A DNA stretch of 64,000 nucleotides, from positions 106,426 to 170,425 of IMG/VR virus record IMGVR_UViG_3300032213_003144, one strand, 5' to 3'. Under the pieces are notes generated by a model. That model searched no databases and was not told the DNA's origin. It saw only the letters and a program-made list of their open reading frames with translations. Position 1 is the stretch's first letter. Every line of letters begins with the position of its first letter. Positions 7,634-16,600 of the stretch are shown in pieces. Source of the DNA: a virus. Position numbers and translations under genes: made by a program.

Positions 7634-10600
7634 ATGTCAAATGAAGCATTCGAATACAAGTCATCGGCGCACGGCTCTCAGTCCATCAAAGGAACGGTCA
7701 GCCTAGACGAGGCCCAGGGGATAGTCGAATGTTTCGTAGCTGGAATTGGTAATAAAGACTCAGTCGGAGACGTATGTGCTTCAGGAGCCTTCACAAAGAG
7801 CCTTCTTCGCAGAAAGCCAAGAGTTGTATGGGGCCACAACTGGAATGACCCTATTGGTAAAGTATTGGAAATATACGAGGTTGGTCCACAGGACCCACGC
7901 CTCCCACTGAAAATGAAACTTGCCGGGATAGGCGGTTTGTTTGCAAAAGTTCAATTTAATCTAAGTTCAGAAAAAGGAAAAGAAGCATTTGCTAATGTCC
8001 ACTTTTTCGGAGAAGAACAAGAGTGGTCGATTGGATACAAAACACTAAGAGCTCAGTTTGACCAAAAGTCGCAAGCAAATATTCTTTACGAAGTTGAACT
8101 CTACGAAGTTAGCCCTGTTCTCCACGGAGCCAATCAGCTAACAGGAACAATATCCGTTAAGGCAGATGATTCCGCCTACGGAGGTTCAGTAGCAATGATG
8201 CCGCAAAGAGAAGAGAGCAACGGCTACGAAGAAATGGAGAAGGAACTCTCCAATCTATTCGGTGCAAAAGTTTCTGTTCATTCAATCGATGGCGACGAGG
8301 TCGTATTCACACGCCAAGAGATGAACGGTGCGAAGAAGTACAAGTGCGGCTTCATGAGAAATCAAGGCCGATACATGTTCGGAACTCCTGAAGTAATCAA
8401 TATTCCGCAGTCCCCAGTTCGTTCTCCTCAATCAGCACCAATGCCTGTGGTGAGCGGAAGACCTACTCCACCCAACGACCCACAACGCGTCATTAGACCA
8501 CAACAGATGCCTTCAATACCAGTTGCGATTAAGCCAAGCGACAATGGGCTAATGATGATTCCTCTTCCAGCTGTTCAGTATGACTCAAACGAAAAGCCGT
8601 CCCTGGACAAGGAGGAAGCAGACCTCCGTGATGCGCTGTTAAAGATAGTTTCACGCCACGGCAAATTTAACGAAGACTCTAACGGCGTATGGGCTGGATA
8701 CAGCCCTGCAGAAGAAAACGAAGTAGCACGTATCGGTGTTAAATGCTCAAACTGCGTCTTCTATCAAGGCGGCTCAAAGTGCAAAATTATTGACATGCCA
8801 GTTGAGCCAGAAGGGAAATGCAGATTTGCTGTTATTCCAAATGGGATTGTTTTGAGCAGTGGTTCCAAAGAACTCGAAGAGCATGTTTCCGAAGCAGAAA
8901 ATGCAATCATCGATGTACTAGAACTAAAATACCCAGGCGAGTTTGTTCTTGGAATTGTCAGAAATGCAGTTGGTAAGAAAAAGAAGAAAAGAAATAAATA
9001 CAAAAATCTTTCAGAGTTTGGTGATGACGACGACATGGGTGAAAAGTCGTACGTAATACCAGTCGAGCCAAGTTTTGCATTTAGAGTAAAAACAGCCCTT
9101 GACCCAATATTCGATTACCACAGAGCAGAGACTTTTGTTGACTCAGAAGGAATAGTGATTACCTCTGGGGTAACTGAAAATCTCATAGACGCAGTCGATA
9201 CGGCTCTTCACAACTTAAAAAAAAAATTCTCAGAACATGAAATAGAGGGAAAATCCCTCGGTTACAGAATAGGTCGGTCGCTTGGTTCGAGGCTCGTAGA
9301 TAGACCAAACCTCGGTGGTGGTAGGGATAGAAACAACCGTGGCGGCGGTCGTGGATTCGGGATGCCGGATGGCGACCTTGACCCCAGGACAAGAGTTGAC
9401 AAGAATAGGGATGGAACACTTTTTGATAATGTCCCAGGATGGGAACAGCCAGACCCAACCCCAGATGGACCTGGTTCGATAAATAACCGAAAACTCTCTT
9501 CCTCACAAAGAAGAGATGTTGCCAATATTCCGAGCGAGAGCGTAAACCCAGAATCGGTAGACGGTGACGTAATAAAGAGCCGCAAACCAAGGTATACGGC
9601 TGATGACCTTGGTGAAATCCTTGGAGAAAAGAAGAAGCCAACGAAGAAGGCAGTAGCAAAAAAATCTCCTGTTAAAAAAGAAAAAGTAAAGCGTGGAGAA
9701 CTTGATTTCGCTAAGGGTCCCAAAAAAGATAAGACACCATCACTATCCTCTGGTGAGGAAAGACCGCCACGTACTGCAGTTGCAATGCAGATGGACCCAA
9801 AGAATTCGAAGCTTGCAAGACAGATTGATTACGACCCACAGAATGGTGACCTCACTGTTTATTACAGAGATGGCAAAAAAGAAACATTCAATGATGTTCC
9901 TTATGACCGCGTGCGTAAGGCTGGATTTGACGACAAGCCAGATGCATTAATCAGTGCACTACAGAGAGAACAAAAGAAACCACAAGGCAGGATTAGTCTT
10001 GCATCTGGGGAGCAAGAAAAGAGACTTACCCGCCACTCTGGTGACCCAAAATTTGAATCACTTGTATCTCCAGAAGAACTTGAAAAGCGTAAGAAGTTTG
10101 AAGAAGTAATTAAAGACTGGAAAGACTCTGGTTACGGATGGGAAGACGTTCCTAGATACAAGCCAGACGTCTACAAGTCCCCGGATTATTTGCGTGGTAG
10201 GGAAATGGGCGTCAATCAGGCCAAAGTTATGTGGCGTGGAGATAGCACGGTAGAGAGACCAAAGGGATTCAACGAAAAGCAAAAAGCCTCACTTGATTAT
10301 CAAGAGTGGTATTCACGAATGGTGATGAGGGCTGGAGCTTTTCTAGAAGCATCACGTGGCGATGACAACGAATTCTACAACGGCATGGAAGATGCCATGC
10401 ATGAATTCATGTACAACAATAGACCAGATATAACAACCTACAACATCGATGGAGATAGAAAAGAACCGATGGCCGACTGGATGCGTCAGTACGGATTCGA
10501 CCCAGGCTCACCGACTCCATTAAGAAAGAAAAAAGAAGGAAAGAAGAGAAGTTCACTCTCCCTCTCTTCTGGCGCAGACGACGATACAAGACCAAACTTT

Positions 10601-13600
10601 GATGAAGAGAATTACGAAAGTGATACCAACGTAGATTTCTACGACACCCTTCTTGACATGATGGGCCCAGAAGAAGAAAGACCAAAAGTCACTTCTCGCA
10701 AAAAGCCAAAAGACATGAGTGATGAAGAGATTTATCGCAAGAGAACAACAACCGGAGCATCCCTGCAGGATGTTGCGGAAGAACTTGGTCTAACTAGAAT
10801 GGAAGTTAGGAAGCGCGAACAACGACACATGCGCAAAATGCGCAATGAAAAAGACGGCGTATCACTTTCTTCTGGAGCAAGCGATGACTGGGCCACTTCT
10901 AGGGGATACGAGCCAGACAGATTCGACCTTCGCGAAACGATGAATCAAATTGGTAGAGGAAACATAATGGCCATATCTGGTGGCCGCGTTGAGCGTAGAG
11001 GGAATGAAATGATTCTTCCTTCTACAAAAGACCAGCAAGTAGTCATCGGGTACAACTCGGTTCCAGACCTCTACTACGTCAGAGCTGAGCAGAAAATAAA
11101 TACAGGTAAGGACAAGGGAACCAACAGAATTCTTGCGCAATGGGACGAGGTTTATGCTGACGAAATTGGCGAACTCGCATATCAGGCAAGTCTCAAGCCA
11201 GCAAACCTCAATAGTGAGAACAAGGAGTACTGGAAGCTCGGCAAGGGAAATCAATTTGCAGACAGACTCGTTGATAGACGTAGCGGAAAGCTCGTAAGCA
11301 GAGAATCAAGAAATCTTCCATCAAAGCCAGCGCCAGAGGAAAGCCCAACTCTTTCTTCGGGTGGCAGAGGTCGTGACTACTACAACTACGACATAACAAC
11401 AACCGATGAAGGAAATGGATTACTCGACCAGGTGCATGATTACCTTGAAGAGAACCCCCTAATCAAAGATGACATAACAACCGATATTGCAGACATGCTC
11501 GGTGGAGATGGAATAGTTGAGGCTAATGGCTTTGACACAAAAAAGGCATTTGACCTGGTTACTGGTGGAGACGATGAGTTCCAGGATTATATGGACATCG
11601 TTGATGATGCCATGGAGGCCCTAAGTAATGGCTCCCTAGCAAAGCACAAGGCAACCGTTCGCGATACGAATGTAAGACTTGAGTCAGCAAAGCCAGGCAG
11701 TAATGAAGCAGGAAAACTCGAAGCAATCCGTGATAGGTCGTACGAGTGGATTGGCGACATAAACAAGTATTCACGCGTATCCACAATTAAAGATAAGAAG
11801 AATATTGAAGCCAGCGACGTGGCAACAAGAATGATTTCCAAAGAGCAAGATTCGCTCTGGAATGCTCGCGCGTCAATAACAGAAAAATATATTGAAGATA
11901 TTGCTTCAGCTGGAAAAGAATCAAAGCGCCGTGTATCAATCAGCGCAGTAGATACAGACTCTCGCGACATTCCAGAGTATGATTTAGCTCTCTCGTCTGG
12001 CAGTGTTTTTAAGGATAAACCAGCATCAAAAACGCTTTCCGGTAAGGCTGATGGCCTTTCTCTTGCCTCTGGAGAAAATAAAAAGATTTATGACGAAATA
12101 GGTAAGTCCATTCTTGAGGCATTAATTGAGATGGATAAGAACCCAACAGCAACCTATTGGGACGTACCGTGGAGAACACCAACCCTATACGCAAGAAACC
12201 CAACAAAGAATCGCCTTTATCAGGGAATGAACTCCCTACTGCTTGCCAATGCGCATAGGCAGAATAAGTACAGAGGAAATTTCTGGGCCGGGAAGACTCA
12301 GTGGGCAAAGTTCGGTGGAACAATAAAGAATGGCAAGGATGGAGTAAATATCCTTGTTCCAAGAGAGGGTTCAACCGGAAAATACTTTGTCGTACAGACC
12401 GTATATAACCTCGATGATATTGAAGGGCTCCCAGATGCATATGTAAAGAAGCTTCTAGATACAGGAAAGGAACTTCTTGACCCAGCGACAAAGATAAAGG
12501 ACGCCGAGTCGGTAATGGAGGAAATTAATCCTGTCATCAAGTTTGGCGGAGATGCTGCATACTTCTCAATTACGAATGACCATATTCAAATGCCACCATA
12601 CGAGATGTTTAAGTCTCCAGAGCAGTACTACTCAACCCTACTGCATGAGCTAACACACTGGACTGGCGGAAAGTCTCGTCTTGGAAGAAAGCAGGTAGGC
12701 CGCCAACAGGACAAGAAGGCTTATGCATACGAGGAATTAATTGCAGAAATGGGTTCTTCTTTCCTTCTTGCCGCACTTGGCATCGCACCAGAAGTAAGAC
12801 AAGACCACGTTGTTTATATCAAGAGTTGGATTTCCAACCTTCGCGAGGACCCGGGTGCATTCGTTAGAGCAATGACTGAGGCGCAGCAGGCGGCAGACTG
12901 GGTCATGGATAGGTCTCCAACAATGAGAAGACTTTCCGGTGTACCTGATAGCGAAAGAAAAGGAAAGCCAGATGCGGTTGATGCTGGGGAATCCGCAGTC
13001 TCAGAAGTAGTTGAAGAGACTAAGGGCTCTGTTACAGCACTCTCATCCGGCTCTCAAGTTGGATTAAGGAAAGCAAAAGAACTCAGATACTTTGGCGATG
13101 AAAAAGAATATGGCTCAGGCATAACTCAAAGAGACTCCAGTGGAAGGATTCTTGATGAATCTGGAGCACTTTCTCTTTCAAGTGGTGCAAAACCAATCGT
13201 CAGCCTTGACGGTAAAACAACGATTCCAAGACTAGACGACTCTGTCTCGTATAGAGAAAAGTATAAGTTCCTTCCTGATGAATTTGAACCAACAGAACAA
13301 CAAAAGGCTTCAATAGACACGCTTGTTCATATGCTTGAAAGTGAGACACCAGGGATTGTCGCTATTGGTGCTGGTGCTGGTTCAGGAAAGACAACCAACC
13401 TTAAACAGAATGCTCGTGCAGTTGCCGCACTTTACCCTGGAAAACAAATTTATTACACCGTATTCAATAGAGGAAATGCTAAAGACGGAAACAGGGTGAT
13501 GCCTAGAAATACAGGTGTTGCAACTGGGAACCAAATAGCATATTGGTCACTTGTTCTTGGAACTGGAGACGCCTTCTATGGTGCTGGAACAACCAGAAAG

Positions 13601-16600
13601 ATACAACTCGGAGTTGGTCCAAGAGACTCCAAGAAGTTGCGAGGAGCAAAACGTAACACCGTGAACGTTGCAACCACGTTTGAGGGAGAAACAAAGGAAT
13701 TCGCAGGAGAGATACCAGGGTACAGAGAGCTTGGGTACACAAGCTATGACTCTGCACCGAATATCGCAGAACGCCTTGCTAAAGATGGGATTGTTGACGA
13801 AGAAACTGATGATGGTTTTACTATTTCCCAAAATCTCAAAAAAGCTCTTGGCAGGTTTGCTGAAAGCTCGGATGAGAAGCTGTCAAAACAACATTTCCTA
13901 CTTCGTGATATAGAGAAAATTCAGGCATTACAAAATGGTGAACCAGTACCAACTGAAGATTCAATCGATGAAAAAATGGTTCAATATGCACAAATGCTTT
14001 GGGATGAAACAGTTGACCCAAAATCAAACGTGCTTATCCCGCAGGACTATCAAATCAAGATGTGGGCCCTAACAAATCCAGACCTTAGGTATGACAAAGG
14101 ACTGATTGGTCACAGGCCAAACGAAACAGTGTTTGATAAAGTTTTTCTTGGAACCGTTGAGGAAATGAACTCCGGAAAAATAAAAGTCGGAGACCTTGTA
14201 GAATTTAAAATTCCAGAAACTGGAGAAAAAGTTGCAGCAGTAATACGAAAACTAAACCCTCCATCAAAGAAAGAAACAAAAAAGGGTGAGCTATCTGGCA
14301 GTAGACAAGTAACCGGAACTGTATCGATTGTTTCTGTCACGAGTGATAAGCCTCTTGATGTGTTCATGTTCGACGAGGCCCAAGACGTAAACCCTGTGTT
14401 GGCAAAAGTACTCGCCGATAATGCAAAGAACATGCCGATAATAATGGTTGGCGACTCACGCCAAGCAATCTATGGGTTCAGAGGAGCCATGGATGCCCTG
14501 GAGAAAGCTAATGCAACATTCAGACTTCCTCTAACACGTTCATTTAGGTATGGAGCAATCCCTGCATATTTAGCCAATGTCGTGCTGATGCAAGGCAATA
14601 TAGACGATTTTAACTTTTATCAAAACATGGGAACACCCGAAAAAAACATATGGCACCATGTTGTAGGAGAGGCGCAAAATGTTGTTATAAACGCGCTCAA
14701 CATAAACGGACCAGATGGGAAAATACTTCCTAAAAAAGAACTTGAAAAGAAACTTAAATTCATAGAAGTTAAATACAAACTTGGCGGAAGAGCTGTCGAC
14801 TTTAAGGGCAAAAACGAAAAAGAAGTAAAAGACATCATTTCAAAACTTTACGACGAACATGTCCCACGCGCTGAAGGTCAGATAGTTGAGGACATGACTA
14901 GTGCTGATGCTGTTCTAACTTCTACCAACTCCGGAGTAATGGTCGAAGCCTTGAAGGTAATCCAGGACGGTATTAATGCACATCAAATCGCGTATCTCGA
15001 CCTAGATGGAATAGAAGATATAAAAAATCCAGAAGAGCTAGCTGGAAGACTAAGAACATTATCCGAGAAATACACTCTTGATGGTGTTGCTGTAGACCTT
15101 ATAGAAATATTGGAAAAAGATGGTAGAGATTCAATGCTCAATGCCGTCAATGAACTTAGAGAAGAATATGCTCCAGGTGGAGCTGACGGGAAAATACCAG
15201 CCATTGGCATACCTGCCGACACACATGAAAAGTTTCTTGATTTCTTCACTCAACTCGACTGGATTATTGGTGACCTTGATAAGAAGTTTGGAATCGAAGG
15301 AAGACCAAAACCATCTAAACTACTTAAAGACGTATGGAGATTTGATAAGAAAAAGGGCAGATACCCATCAAAAGATGAGATGCTGGCAAAAATTGACAAG
15401 ATGATTAAGGGTGGAGAATCAGAACTTCGCACGCTTTACAACCTTGCTTACCCCAAGTCCAAGGATGGAGGGGTAAGAGGTGATGCAAAAGGGGCAAGAT
15501 TCTTTAAAGACCTTTTACGTCCACAAGGCCAAAAATATACTGACATAAATGGAACTGAGGTTAAGTACCAAGGCCTTAGACCAATGCGTGAAGGAATCAA
15601 TCTTCCGAATATGGAATCTGGTCGAGACCACATAACTACCGAAGAGATGGACAGAGTCGGAAAGCTTAAGCCTGGAACAAAATCTGGAAGCAGCCAAAAA
15701 ATTTCCTGGATAATACCCAAGAAGGAAGAGAGCGTATCTGATGGTGAGGTATTCGTAAAACTTCACATCGGAGAAAACGGAAAGCCATCTGGAGCGTTGA
15801 TAATTGCAGGCGATGGAGCGCACGGAGGAAAGTACAAAGTCAGAAGATGGAATAAGGCCAAGAAAACCTGGAGCCCAATCGAAGAGGGGAAACCAGGGAA
15901 GATTGACTACCACGGTGATATATCAAAAGTTATAAAAAAGATGAAAGCTGAATACCCAGACGCCGTAATTGAATTTAGGCAGGGACTAATACAGCAAGTT
16001 GGTACAGCTCAGACATTCCCATCAGACATATCTGATGATTTTGTCCCACCAATGAAAGGTGATTTGCCAGATAGTTCTGTGCCAAGAGCTTCGCTTCCAG
16101 GGTTCTTCATACAAGGAAAAGACAGCGAAGAAACTGCGCGTCTTGCCAATGAACTCGGAAACAGGGTTAGACAACTTGCCACGGAAGGAAACACGGATAC
16201 CGACATTATGACGGTTCATGTTTCCAAGGGCAGGGAGTGGAAGAGGGTCAGACTCGCTGATGATTTCAAAAATCCTGAAGACATGGTCCCAGTAATACCA
16301 GAAGAAGAATTAGCAAAGTTAAGTCCAAAGGACAGACTTGCTGTCGAGAGACAGCTCCAATTGATGCGCAGAGAAGAGCACAACAAGGTATACATTGCAA
16401 TAACCAGAGCTCAAGAGCAAATAGATATTGGCGCAGTTCTTGCAAAACTTTATTTTGATGATTCACAAAACGCATCTATAAAAAGTGCAAAAGATAAAAT
16501 TGCAGAAAATCCAGATGGAATATATGACGAGCTTCAGGCTCCTGCTGGTTTCTATGTTCCGTATTCTGGTGATACAGAAGCACGCGATGCTGCCAGAAAA

